A stretch of DNA of 64,000 nt from an uncultured Gemmatimonadales bacterium (GTDB taxonomy: Bacteria > Gemmatimonadota > Gemmatimonadetes > Gemmatimonadales > GWC2-71-9): assembly GCA_963815515.1 (NCBI GenBank), contig CAWFGP010000003.1:1026429-1090428 (forward strand), in the 5' to 3' direction. Each line of letters starts with the position of its first letter. The first letter of the stretch is position 1. This document shows positions 45,519 to 54,159 of this stretch, in pieces. A model generated the notes under the pieces. It did not search any database. It saw nothing but the letters and a program-made list of their open reading frames with translations, and had not been told where the DNA came from. Made by a program: the position numbers and the translations under genes.

Positions 45519-45971
45519 ATGAAAACTCTCTGGATCCTGGCGGCGGCTGCCACTTTCGCCGCCTGCCACAATCGGTCGGACGAGGGCGTCGGTGCAGCCC
45601 CTGACCGTGGAGACACCACGGCCGTGAGCGGGTACGACACCACGGCCGCCAATCCGAACGCCACGATCGACACCACGAGCACGACGCAGCCGACCGCGCC
45701 TGCCGACACGTCGGTCGTGCAGCCCTCGGCGCCCAGCGCCGATACCTCGGCCGCCCCGGAGCCCACGACGCCGAGCCCGAGCTATGACACCACGTCGGCC
45801 CCGAGCGCGGGCTATGACACCACGTCGACCCAGCCGACGGCGCCGAGCGCGGGCTATGACACCACCAGCACCGCGGTTCCGCCGACGACCACCGACACCA
45901 CGATGAGCAATCCGAGCGCGGATGCCGTCGACACCACCATGAGCCAGGACAGCTCCAGCACCCAGCGCTGA
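45519..45971 (+). CDS. Thr/Ser/Pro-rich low-complexity lipoprotein
   Basis: Track ORF 45429..45971, trimmed to ATG 45519. Signal plus Cys 'MKTLWILAAAATFAAC', with internal repeats 'PSAGYDTTST'. Confidence 0.6.
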   Translation: MKTLWILAAAATFAACHNRSDEGVGAAPDRGDTTAVSGYDTTAANPNATIDTTSTTQPTAPADTSVVQPSAPSADTSAAPEPTTPSPSYDTTSAPSAGYDTTSTQPTAPSAGYDTTSTAVPPTTTDTTMSNPSADAVDTTMSQDSSSTQR

Positions 45972-45995
45972 CGCGCGCTGAGTACACCGGAGATA

Positions 45996-46027
45996 GAAGC
46001 GGCCCCGGCAGACGCCGGGGCCGCTTC
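45996..46027 (+). terminator. Stem-loop terminator candidate
   Basis: GAAGCGGCCCCGGC-agac-GCCGGGGCCGCTTC (14-bp perfect stem) followed by GTATTA. Confidence 0.55.
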
Positions 46028-46035
46028 GTATTAGA

Positions 46036-46551
46036 ATGGTCGCCATGTCCACGCTGGTCACTCGCACGTATCTCGAGCTCGGCGCTCCCGCCGAGCTCCA
46101 CCCCGTGGCGGCGCCGGACCCGGCGCCGCGGGTCGAGCGCGTGGGGGAGTGCCCCGCGTCGTTCTATCGCTACCTGTACGCGGAGGTGGGCCGGGCCTTC
46201 CACTGGGTGGACCGGCTGCGCTGGTCGGACGAGACGGTCCGGGCACACCTCGCGACGCCGGGCCTTTCCCTCTGGCTCCTCACGTGGGAAGCGGCACCGG
46301 CAGGGTACTTCGAGCTCAAACCTCACGACGACGGGTCGACGGAGATCGCATACTTCGGGTTGCTGCCGGAGTACATCGGCCGGGGATGGGGCAAGTGGCT
46401 GCTGAGCGAGGCGGTGCGAGCGGCGTGGGCGACGATGCCGTCGCGCGTGTGGCTCCACACGTGCACGCTGGATCATCCGGCGGCGCTGCCGAATTACTTG
46501 AAGCGCGGATTTCGGGCGGTACGGGAGGAGACCTATACCGTGGAGGGATAG
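46036..46551 (+). CDS. GNAT family N-acetyltransferase
   Basis: 'EIAYFGLLPEYIGRGWGKWLLSEAV', 'VWLHTCTLDHPAALPNYLKRGF'. Confidence 0.8.
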   Translation: MVAMSTLVTRTYLELGAPAELHPVAAPDPAPRVERVGECPASFYRYLYAEVGRAFHWVDRLRWSDETVRAHLATPGLSLWLLTWEAAPAGYFELKPHDDGSTEIAYFGLLPEYIGRGWGKWLLSEAVRAAWATMPSRVWLHTCTLDHPAALPNYLKRGFRAVREETYTVEG

Positions 46552-46572
46552 CGCCCGCTGGGACGCGCGCGG

Positions 46573-46586
46573 GTGACGCAGGTCAC
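46573..46586. promoter_or_regulatory. Short palindrome GTGAC-gcag-GTCAC upstream of xoxF
   Basis: Perfect 5-4-5 inverted repeat about 70 nt upstream of ATG 46656. Its function is unknown. Confidence 0.2.
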
Positions 46587-46655
46587 GGCAAGCGCTCTTG
46601 AAAAGAGGCCATGTAGCGATGACGCCAATGTCTCGGCCACAACGGGATCGCCTGC

Positions 46656-48551
46656 ATGCCTGCCGCTCTCCATTTCCTCCTCCTTCGCGCACGCTTCGCT
46701 GGGATCAGGCTCGCAGTGGCGACATTGGCCGCCGCGCCGCTCACGGGCTGCGGGGATGGGCCGACACGTAGCGCCCGGATCGAGCGTGCATCCGCTGGTG
46801 CCGGCGTGGCCGCGGCAGCCTCGACCGGGCGCGACTCGGCCGCCTTCCCGCAGCCCGGTGCAGCGCAGCCCGGCGAGTGGACGCTACCCGGCCGCGACTA
46901 CGCGGGCACGCGATACAGCCCGCTGTCGCAGATCACGACCGCCAATGCCAAGGACCTCGCCGTCGCCTGGACTTTTTCGACGGGAGTCCTGCACGGGCAC
47001 GAGGGCCAGCCGCTCGTGGTGGGGAGCACGATGTATCTCGTCACTCCCTGGCCCAACATCGTCTATGCCCTCGACCTGACCCATCCCGACGGCCCCGCCA
47101 AGTGGACGTACAGGCCCAATCCCGACCCCGCGGCCCAGGGCGAGGCGTGTTGCGACATCGTGAACCGGGGCGCCTCGTACGGCGCCGGCAAGATCGTCTT
47201 CAACACGCTCGACAATCACACCATAGCGCTCGACGCGAAGACCGGGCGGGTCGTCTGGTCGGCGAAGATGGGCGACATCAACCTGGGCGAGACCACGACC
47301 ATGGCCCCGCTCATCATCGGCGACAAAGTGATCACCGGCATCAGCGGCGCCGAGATGGGCGTTCGCGGCCGACTCGCCGCGCTCGATCTCGCGACCGGGA
47401 AGGAAGTGTGGAGGGCCTACAGCACCGGCTCCGACGCGGACGTGCGGATCGGTCCCGGCTTCCGGGCATTCTATCCTGGCGACCGGGCCAAGGATCTCGG
47501 TCTCACCACCTGGACGCCCGGCCAATGGAAGATCGGCGGCGGGACCACGTGGGGCTGGGTGACGTACGATCCGGGACTGCATCTCCTCTACTACGGCACC
47601 GCCAATCCTGGCGTGTGGAACCCCGACATGCGTCCGGGCGACAACAAGTGGTCGATGACGATCTTCGCACGCGACCCCGACACGGGCGATGCCAAGTGGG
47701 CCTACCAGACGACGCCTCACGACCGCTGGGACTACGACGCGGTGAACGAGAGCATCGTGGCGGACCTCCCCATCGACGGGAAGCCGCGGAAGATCGTGCT
47801 CCACTTCGACCGGAACGGGTTCGCATATACCATGGACCGCGCCACCGGCGAGGTGCTGGTAGCGCAACCCTACCAGTTCCTCAACTGGTCTACCGGCGTC
47901 GACCTCAAGACCGGCCGACCGGTCGAGGTGCCGAGCAAACGCACCAACGAGACGACCAACACCACCGACATCTGCCCGTCATCTACGGGCGCGCGGGACC
48001 AGCAGCCGGCGGCGTTCTCGCCGCGGACCGGCCTGTTCTACACCCCGACGACGAACCTGTGCATGGACTACAAGGGCGTGGAGACGAGCTACATCGCCGG
48101 GACGCCGTACGTCGGCGCCGAGGTGATGATGTACCCCGGTCCGGGCGGCAACCGCGGCGAATTCATCGCGTGGGACGGCGTGCACGGCAGGAAGGCGTGG
48201 GGCATCAAGGAACGGTTCCCCGTCTGGACGGGTGCGCTCGTCACGGCGGGCGACGTCGTGTTCTACGGCACGATGGACGGCTGGGTGAAGGCGGTGGACG
48301 CGCGGAACGGCAGCGTGCTCTGGAAGTTCAAGACCGGCTCGGGACACGTCGGCAACTTCATCAGCTATACGGGCCCCGACGGAAAGCAGTACGTGGCGGT
48401 CTTCGCCGGGGTCGGCGGCTGGGCCGGTGCGGCGGCGTTCGGGCTGTCGCCGGATGATCCGACCGGTGCGCTGGGCTTCGCCAACGCGATGAAGGATCTG
48501 CCGGATTACACCGGGCCGGGAGGCATGCTGTATGTCTTCGCGCTGCGGTGA
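46656..48551 (+). CDS. xoxF: PQQ-dependent methanol/ethanol dehydrogenase, XoxF-like (lanthanide-type)
   Basis: Lipoprotein-like signal 'LAAAPLTGC', 'DYAGTRYSPL', 'HGHEGQPLVV', the vicinal 'EACCDIVNRG', 'TTWGWVTYDP' and 'PHDRWDYDAVNE', with Asp-Tyr-Asp codons at 47730..47738. Confidence 0.88.
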   Translation: MPAALHFLLLRARFAGIRLAVATLAAAPLTGCGDGPTRSARIERASAGAGVAAAASTGRDSAAFPQPGAAQPGEWTLPGRDYAGTRYSPLSQITTANAKDLAVAWTFSTGVLHGHEGQPLVVGSTMYLVTPWPNIVYALDLTHPDGPAKWTYRPNPDPAAQGEACCDIVNRGASYGAGKIVFNTLDNHTIALDAKTGRVVWSAKMGDINLGETTTMAPLIIGDKVITGISGAEMGVRGRLAALDLATGKEVWRAYSTGSDADVRIGPGFRAFYPGDRAKDLGLTTWTPGQWKIGGGTTWGWVTYDPGLHLLYYGTANPGVWNPDMRPGDNKWSMTIFARDPDTGDAKWAYQTTPHDRWDYDAVNESIVADLPIDGKPRKIVLHFDRNGFAYTMDRATGEVLVAQPYQFLNWSTGVDLKTGRPVEVPSKRTNETTNTTDICPSSTGARDQQPAAFSPRTGLFYTPTTNLCMDYKGVETSYIAGTPYVGAEVMMYPGPGGNRGEFIAWDGVHGRKAWGIKERFPVWTGALVTAGDVVFYGTMDGWVKAVDARNGSVLWKFKTGSGHVGNFISYTGPDGKQYVAVFAGVGGWAGAAAFGLSPDDPTGALGFANAMKDLPDYTGPGGMLYVFALR

Positions 48552-49647
48552 CAGCGGACGGTCGGACGGTCGGACGGTCAGACGGTCGGGCAGGCGGACG
48601 GTCGGACGGACGTACCGGCGTTGGCTGATCGCGGCGCTCGCCCTCGGCGCGATAGGCGGCGGGTTCGGACCGCAGGCCTTCGGTGAGCGGCCGACCGCCC
48701 GGCCGTCCGACCGTCTGACCGTCCGACCGTCTGATCGTCCGCCCGCCCTTCGCGTCTGCGCCGATCCCAACAACCTCCCGTTCTCGAACCGTGCGCGGGC
48801 GGGGTTCGAGAACCGCATCGCCGAGCTGGTCGCGGGCGAGCTGCACCGGACCCTGAGGTATGCCTGGTGGCCGCAGCGACGCGGGTTCGTACGCAACACG
48901 CTCGACGCGGGGCGGTGTGACCTGGTGATGGGGATGCCCGCCGCCGCCGGGCGGATCCTGGCCACCGCGCCGTATTACACCTCTACCTATGTCTTCCTCT
49001 CACGCCGGTCGGCCGGCCCGCCGATCGCCTCGCTCGACGATCCCCGGCTTCGGCGGGTTCGCATCGGGCTCCACTTTATCGGCGACGACTACCACAACAC
49101 CCCGGCGGCCACGGCGCTCGCGCGCCGGGGCATCGTGCGCAACGTGGTCGGCTACAGCATTTACGGCGACTACGCGAAGCCCAATCCGCCCGCGGCCCTG
49201 GTGTCCGCCGTGGCCCGGGGAGATGTGGACGTCGCGATCGTGTGGGGGCCGTTCGCGGGGTACTTCGGCCCGCGCACCGGCGTGTCGCTGGTCTCGACCC
49301 CGGTCGTCCCGGCAATCGACGGGCCGGGCGCAGTGTTCACGTTCGCGATCTCGGCTGGGGTGCGGCGTTCGGATACGGCGCTGCGTGCGGCGGTGGACCG
49401 CGCGATCGTCGCGGAGCGTCCGGCGATCCGGGCGGTGCTGGCGAGGTATGGCGTGCCAATGCTGCAGGAGACGGCGCACCGTTCCAGGGCCCGTCATCCC
49501 GAGGGAGGCGAGGGGCCTTCTCGCTCCATCTCGGATGGCAGCCGGGTTCCGGCAGAGTCGAGCAGGTCCCTCGCTTCGCTCGGGATGACGGGGGGAACGG
49601 ATTGCGTGGCGGGCCACCCCTCGCCGGGGAGACGCTCATGCGAATGA
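48532..49647 (+). CDS. xoxJ: XoxJ/MxaJ-like periplasmic substrate-binding protein (quinoprotein dehydrogenase-associated)
   Basis: 'LRVCADPNNLPFSNRARAGFENRIAELVA', 'RCDLVMGMP', 'VDVAIVWGPFAGYF'. The only in-frame canonical start (ATG/GTG/TTG) upstream of the signal-peptide core is ATG 48532, which overlaps xoxF by 20 nt. The C-terminal roughly 55 aa are encoded by palindromic element copy D, so the true end is uncertain. Confidence 0.75.
   Translation: MSSRCGDSGRSDGRTVRRSGRRTVGRTYRRWLIAALALGAIGGGFGPQAFGERPTARPSDRLTVRPSDRPPALRVCADPNNLPFSNRARAGFENRIAELVAGELHRTLRYAWWPQRRGFVRNTLDAGRCDLVMGMPAAAGRILATAPYYTSTYVFLSRRSAGPPIASLDDPRLRRVRIGLHFIGDDYHNTPAATALARRGIVRNVVGYSIYGDYAKPNPPAALVSAVARGDVDVAIVWGPFAGYFGPRTGVSLVSTPVVPAIDGPGAVFTFAISAGVRRSDTALRAAVDRAIVAERPAIRAVLARYGVPMLQETAHRSRARHPEGGEGPSRSISDGSRVPAESSRSLASLGMTGGTDCVAGHPSPGRRSCE
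48556..48746. repeat. Inverted pair of octamer arrays: (GGACGGTC)n 48556..48611 and (GACCGTCN)n 48691..48746
   Basis: The left array has 7 consecutive 8-nt units (4 perfect). The right array has 7 units of the reverse complement. A 79-nt spacer between them encodes the XoxJ signal-peptide core. Confidence 0.8.
49493..49589. repeat. Palindromic intergenic element, family 1, copy D (longer centre)
   Basis: GTCATCCCGAGGGAGGCGAGGGGCC...GGTCCCTCGCTTCGCTCGGGATGAC. The arms are related to copies A-C, with a central part of about 47 nt. Confidence 0.7.
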
Positions 49648-50195
49648 CTCGCCTTGTCCTGCTCGTGCTGCCCATGGCGGTGTTTGTCGCCCTCGCCTGC
49701 CAGCGGCACGAGCGTCCCAGCGGCCGCGCGCTATCGCCCGCCGCCATGCAGCTCCGTGCGCGGCCAGCTGCCCCCGACCGCAGCGTGGACAGCGGCGCCA
49801 GCCGCGGACCCGGCGTCCGGCCTGGCATCAACGCGTCGGTCCTCATCGGTGCGACCAATCCCTATACCGGACGCACCGCTGCGATCGTCACCGGACGGCA
49901 GCTCTTTACCGGCATGAACTGCTCGGGCTGCCATTCCGGGTATGCCGGGGGCGGCATGGGTCCAAACCTCCGCGACAGCCTCTGGATTTACGGCTCGAGC
50001 GATGCCGACCTCTACGCCACCATTGCAGAGGGGCGACCCAACGGGATGCCCGCCTGGGGTGAGCGGCTTCCCGAGCAGCAGATCTGGCAGATCATCGCCT
50101 ACCTCCGCACGCTCGGTAGCGACGCCGAGCCGGTGAAGCCGCCGACGCCCACGCGGACCACCGAGTCACACAACTCTGCGGCCAAGGCGAGCTGA
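49638..50195 (+). CDS. Class I c-type cytochrome (XoxG-like, or electron donor to the oxidase)
   Basis: Track ORF 49242..50195, trimmed to ATG 49638 (MRMTRLVLLVLPMAVFVALAC). Haem motif 'CSGCH', 'GMPAW' (Met ligand region) and 'IIAYLRTL'. Confidence 0.8.
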   Translation: MRMTRLVLLVLPMAVFVALACQRHERPSGRALSPAAMQLRARPAAPDRSVDSGASRGPGVRPGINASVLIGATNPYTGRTAAIVTGRQLFTGMNCSGCHSGYAGGGMGPNLRDSLWIYGSSDADLYATIAEGRPNGMPAWGERLPEQQIWQIIAYLRTLGSDAEPVKPPTPTRTTESHNSAAKAS

Positions 50196-50197
50196 GT

Positions 50198-51145
50198 GTG
50201 ATGGAATCGAGCCCGAGTTTCCTCCGCACGTCTGGCTTCGTCGCCGGCCGCGAAGCCTGGCTCGGCTGGATCCTGCTCGTGATCGCGGCGGCCGTGGTGC
50301 TCGTGGTCAGCGCACTGGTGCTGGCGGGCGCGCTCCGGGGCGGGCGTTCGGAGACGAGGCCGATCGAGCGAGAGGGGGAAGGCCTGCGGTGGATCGTGAT
50401 CGGCGGCGTCGTGGTGCCGTCGCTCGTCCTGGTGGTCGTCCTGGTGCTTACGGTGACGACGCAGGCCGCGATCGCGACGCCGGTCAGCGCCGACCTGACG
50501 GTGCGCGTGACCGGCCGCCAGTGGTGGTGGGAGGTTCGCTATCTCGGCCCGTCGCCCAGCCTGATCGCGACGACCGCGAACGAGATCCACATCCCCGTGG
50601 GCCGGCCGGTCCGGCTGGAGGTGGTGAGCGGCGACGTGATCCACAGCTTCTGGATCCCGGAGCTTGCGGGCAAGACGGACCTCGTCCCCGGTCAGGAGAA
50701 CGTCATGTGGATCGAGGCCGACCGGCCGGGGGTCTACCACGGCCAATGCGCCGAGTACTGCGGCCTCCAGCACGCGAAGATGGCGATGGAAGTCGTGGCG
50801 GAGCCGCCCGAGGCGTTCGCGCGGTGGCTCGAGCGCCAGCGAGCCCCGGCGGCCGCGCCCGCCGGGGCTGACGCAGCCGCGGGGGCACGGGTGTTCGCCA
50901 CCACCGCCTGCGCCCTCTGCCACACCGTGCATGGCACGATGGCGGGCGGCCGCCTGGGTCCGGACCTCACCCACCTGGCTGGCCGCCGGACAATCGCCGC
51001 GGGCACGGTCGCCAACACTCGCGGCAGCCTGCTCGGCTGGATCGAGAATCCGCAGGCCTTCAAGCCGGGCACGCTGATGCCTGCCGTCCCGCTGGACGCC
51101 AGGCAGCTCCATGACCTCACGGCCTATCTGCAGTCACTCCAGTAG
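50198..51145 (+). CDS. coxB: Cytochrome c oxidase subunit II with fused C-terminal cytochrome c domain (caa3-type)
   Basis: CuA site 'HSFWIPELAGKTD...GQCAEYCGLQHAKM', plus the C-terminal haem motif 'CALCH'. It starts 2 nt after the preceding stop. Confidence 0.9.
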   Translation: MMESSPSFLRTSGFVAGREAWLGWILLVIAAAVVLVVSALVLAGALRGGRSETRPIEREGEGLRWIVIGGVVVPSLVLVVVLVLTVTTQAAIATPVSADLTVRVTGRQWWWEVRYLGPSPSLIATTANEIHIPVGRPVRLEVVSGDVIHSFWIPELAGKTDLVPGQENVMWIEADRPGVYHGQCAEYCGLQHAKMAMEVVAEPPEAFARWLERQRAPAAAPAGADAAAGARVFATTACALCHTVHGTMAGGRLGPDLTHLAGRRTIAAGTVANTRGSLLGWIENPQAFKPGTLMPAVPLDARQLHDLTAYLQSLQ

Positions 51146-51155
51146 CGAGCGCACC

Positions 51156-53075
51156 GTGGCCACGACCGCACCGCCTTCCGCCGTCCTTTCGCTCCACGAG
51201 CGACTGCTCCGCATCTGGGAAACGCCGCCCGGCCTGTTCGGCGTGCTCGGCACGGTGGATCACAAGAAGATCGGTAAGCGCTACCTCGTCACGGCCTTCA
51301 CCTTCATGCTGCTGGGCGGACTCGAGGCGGCCGCGATGCGCGCTCAGCTCTCCGCGCCCGACCTTCGCCTGCTCAGTCCGGAGACGTACAACCAGCTGTT
51401 CAGCATGCACGGGATCACGATGATCTTCCTGTACGCGTCGCCGATCCTGTCGGGGTTCAGCAACTACATCTGGCCCCTGATGCTGGGCTCGCGCGACATG
51501 GCGTTCCCCCGGCTCAACGCCCTGAGCTACTGGCTGTTCCTGTTCTCCGGGCTGTTCATCTATTCGAGCTTTCTGGTCGGGCAGGCGCCGGACCGAGGCT
51601 GGTTCGCGTATGCGCCGCTCACCGAGCGGGCCTATTCGCCCGGACTCAACATGGACTTCTACGCGCTCGGGCTGCTCTTTCTGACGGTCTCGACCACCGT
51701 GGGCGCGATCAATTTCATCGTGACCCTGTTCAAGCTCCGGGCGCCGGGAATGTCGATCAACCGGCTGCCGATCTTCATCTGGGGCACGCTCACGACCTCG
51801 TTCTCGATGCTGTTCGCGCTGCCCGCGCTCACGGTCGCCTGCACCATGCTGTACTTCGACCGGCGGTTCGGCATGCATTTCTTCGACGCCGCGGCCGGGG
51901 GCAACCCGCTGCTCTGGCAGCACCTCTTCTGGATCTTCGGGCATCCGTGGGTCTATATCGTCGTGCTGCCGGCCATGGGCATCATGTCCGACCTGATCCC
52001 GACGTTCTGCCGGCGGCCGCTCGTGGGCTACACCTTCGTGGCGCTCGCCACCGTCTCGACGGGCATCCTCGGCTTCGGGGTCTGGGTGCACCACATGTTC
52101 GCGACCGGGATTCCCGACCTCTCCGCCGACTTCTTCAGCGCGGCCAGCCTCGTCATCTCGATCCCGAGCGCGGTCGCGGTCTTCGCCTGGCTGGCCACGA
52201 TCTGGCATGGGCGTCCGGTCCTGAGCGTTCCATTCCTGTTCGCGGCGGGGTTCATCGTGCTCTTCGTGCTCGGTGGTGTCTCCGGCGTGGCGACGGCGGC
52301 CGTACCGTTCGACCGGCAGCTCACCGACAGCTACTTCGTCGTGGCCCATCTGCACTATGTGCTCGTGGGAATCAACGTCTTTCCGGTGATCGCCGGCTTC
52401 TACTTCTGGCTGCCGAAGATGACCGGCCGCCTGCTGAATGAGCGGCTCGGTCGCTGGAACTTCTGGACCATGTTCCTCGGCTTCAATCTCGGCTTCTTCC
52501 CCATGCACATCGCCGGGCTGCTCGGGATGCCGCGGCGGATCTACACCTATCCGGCGGGGATGGGGTGGGGCACCGTCAATCTGATCACCACGATCGGGGC
52601 CTATGTGTTCGCCGCCGGGGTGCTGCTGTTCCTGGTGAACGTGATCTGGAGTCTCCGGCGCGGCGCGCCGGCCGGCCCCAATCCGTGGGACGCGGCCACG
52701 CTCGAGTGGGCCACCCCGTCGCCGCCCCCCGCGTACAACTTCGCGGTGCTGCCGTCGGTGGGGAGCCGGCATCCGCTCTGGGAGGGCCGGCTGCAGGAGG
52801 GCCGTACCCGGAGCGTCCTCGACCAGGGCCCCGTGCTCGACGAGGGACGCGAGACGCTGGGCGTGACGCCGCTCGACGCCGAGCCGTCGGAGGTGCTCAC
52901 GATGCCGGAGGATTCGCTCTATCCCTTCCTCCTGGCGCTCTCGATGCTGGCGGCGTTCTACGGCCTGCTCACCGCGCTCTGGCCGCTCGCGATCGCGGGC
53001 GCGACGCTGGTGGCGGCGATGACGATCGGCTGGCTCTGGCCCGCGGCGCCGCATGGGGCGGAGGACGCGGCGTGA
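51156..53075 (+). CDS. coxA: Cytochrome c oxidase subunit I
   Basis: Track ORF 51111..53075; GTG 51156 lies just after the coxB stop. Shows 'TVDHKKIGKRYL', 'LFSMHGITMIFL', 'WQHLFWIFGHPWVYI' and 'VWVHHMFATG'. Confidence 0.92.
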   Translation: MATTAPPSAVLSLHERLLRIWETPPGLFGVLGTVDHKKIGKRYLVTAFTFMLLGGLEAAAMRAQLSAPDLRLLSPETYNQLFSMHGITMIFLYASPILSGFSNYIWPLMLGSRDMAFPRLNALSYWLFLFSGLFIYSSFLVGQAPDRGWFAYAPLTERAYSPGLNMDFYALGLLFLTVSTTVGAINFIVTLFKLRAPGMSINRLPIFIWGTLTTSFSMLFALPALTVACTMLYFDRRFGMHFFDAAAGGNPLLWQHLFWIFGHPWVYIVVLPAMGIMSDLIPTFCRRPLVGYTFVALATVSTGILGFGVWVHHMFATGIPDLSADFFSAASLVISIPSAVAVFAWLATIWHGRPVLSVPFLFAAGFIVLFVLGGVSGVATAAVPFDRQLTDSYFVVAHLHYVLVGINVFPVIAGFYFWLPKMTGRLLNERLGRWNFWTMFLGFNLGFFPMHIAGLLGMPRRIYTYPAGMGWGTVNLITTIGAYVFAAGVLLFLVNVIWSLRRGAPAGPNPWDAATLEWATPSPPPAYNFAVLPSVGSRHPLWEGRLQEGRTRSVLDQGPVLDEGRETLGVTPLDAEPSEVLTMPEDSLYPFLLALSMLAAFYGLLTALWPLAIAGATLVAAMTIGWLWPAAPHGAEDAA

Positions 53076-53671
53076 CGACCGCCGTCCTCCGCCGGCTGCC
53101 GCTGGACGGCACGGGATCGAACGTGCCCGGGGCGTATGGGATGATGCTGCTCATTCTCACCGAGGCGTCGCTCTTCGGCTACCTGCTGTTCAGCTACTTC
53201 TACCTGGCCTCCATGGCGCGGGGACCGTGGCCGCCGGCCGGTCTGCCTGAGCTGAGGCTGGCGCTCCCGAACACGGGCATCCTGCTGCTGAGCAGCGGCG
53301 CTATGTGGTGGGCCGAGTCGGGGATTCGCCTGGGCCGGACGGGCCGGCTCCTGGGCGGCCTCGTCCTGACGCTCGTGCTCGGCACCGTGTTTCTCGGGAT
53401 CCAGGTGGTCGAGTACCGGCACCAGACCTTCGGACCTTCGACCGATGCCTACGGGTCGCTGTTCTTCACGATCACCGGATTCCACGGCGCACACGTGGCG
53501 GTGGGCCTGCTGATGATCGCCGTCGTGGCGCTGCGGGCCGGGCTGGGGCACTTCGCCGCGAGCCGCCATCTGGCGGTTACCAACGTCGCGTGGTACTGGC
53601 ACTTCGTGGACGCGGTGTGGTTGGCGGTGTTCACCTCGCTCTACCTTTCGCCGCGGCTGGTTGGCACATGA
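53072..53671 (+). CDS. coxC: Cytochrome c oxidase subunit III
   Basis: C-terminal part of track ORF 52565..53671, with GTG 53072 (GTGA overlap with coxA). Shows 'GSLFFTITGFHGAHVAVGL' and 'AWYWHFVDAVWLAVF'. Confidence 0.88.
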   Translation: MTTAVLRRLPLDGTGSNVPGAYGMMLLILTEASLFGYLLFSYFYLASMARGPWPPAGLPELRLALPNTGILLLSSGAMWWAESGIRLGRTGRLLGGLVLTLVLGTVFLGIQVVEYRHQTFGPSTDAYGSLFFTITGFHGAHVAVGLLMIAVVALRAGLGHFAASRHLAVTNVAWYWHFVDAVWLAVFTSLYLSPRLVGT

Positions 53672-54096
53672 CCGCGCCGGCCGAGGTTCACCCCGTGCGC
53701 GCGGTTCGTGCGGCGACACCGCCGGCACTCTGGTTCGGCCTGTTCGGGGCGCCGGTGGCCTGGAGCCTGCAGCTCCTCGCAAGCTACGCACTCGTGGCGC
53801 ACGGCTGCTATCCGGATGCGGTGCCGATGACGATCCCGGTGGTCCCTGGTCTCAGGACACTCGTCCTGGGAACGGGCGCGGCGGCTCTGGTGGTGGCACT
53901 CCTCGCTGCCGGCTCGGCGTGGCGGAGCTGGCGCGCAACGCAGCACGGGCATCAAGCCGAGCACGAGGCCCTGCTCGAGGTCGGCGAGGGGCGCACGCGC
54001 TTCATGGCACTCTCGGGGCTGCTGCTGAGCACTGTCTTCGCCCTGGGGATCGTCATGAACGTCGTCCCGCCGCTGTTGCGGCGCCCCTGCGGCTGA
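53668..54096 (+). CDS. Small integral membrane protein co-transcribed with coxBAC (possible subunit IV-like)
   Basis: ATGA overlap with coxC. Three predicted TM segments ('ALWFGLFGAPVAWSLQLLASYAL', 'LVLGTGAAALVVALLAAG', 'LSGLLLSTVFALGIVMNVV'). Confidence 0.6.
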   Translation: MTAPAEVHPVRAVRAATPPALWFGLFGAPVAWSLQLLASYALVAHGCYPDAVPMTIPVVPGLRTLVLGTGAAALVVALLAAGSAWRSWRATQHGHQAEHEALLEVGEGRTRFMALSGLLLSTVFALGIVMNVVPPLLRRPCG

Positions 54097-54159
54097 CGCC
54101 GGGCATCCGGCCCGGCAACCTCCTCACCTCTCCCATCGGCGATCGCGCCACCTTTCTCC

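Noticed and set aside
48556-48746. Octamer arrays as a CRISPR array
   Set aside because: The repeat period is 8 nt with no spacers. The two blocks are inverted relative to each other, there are no cas genes, and the arrays lie inside a coding frame.
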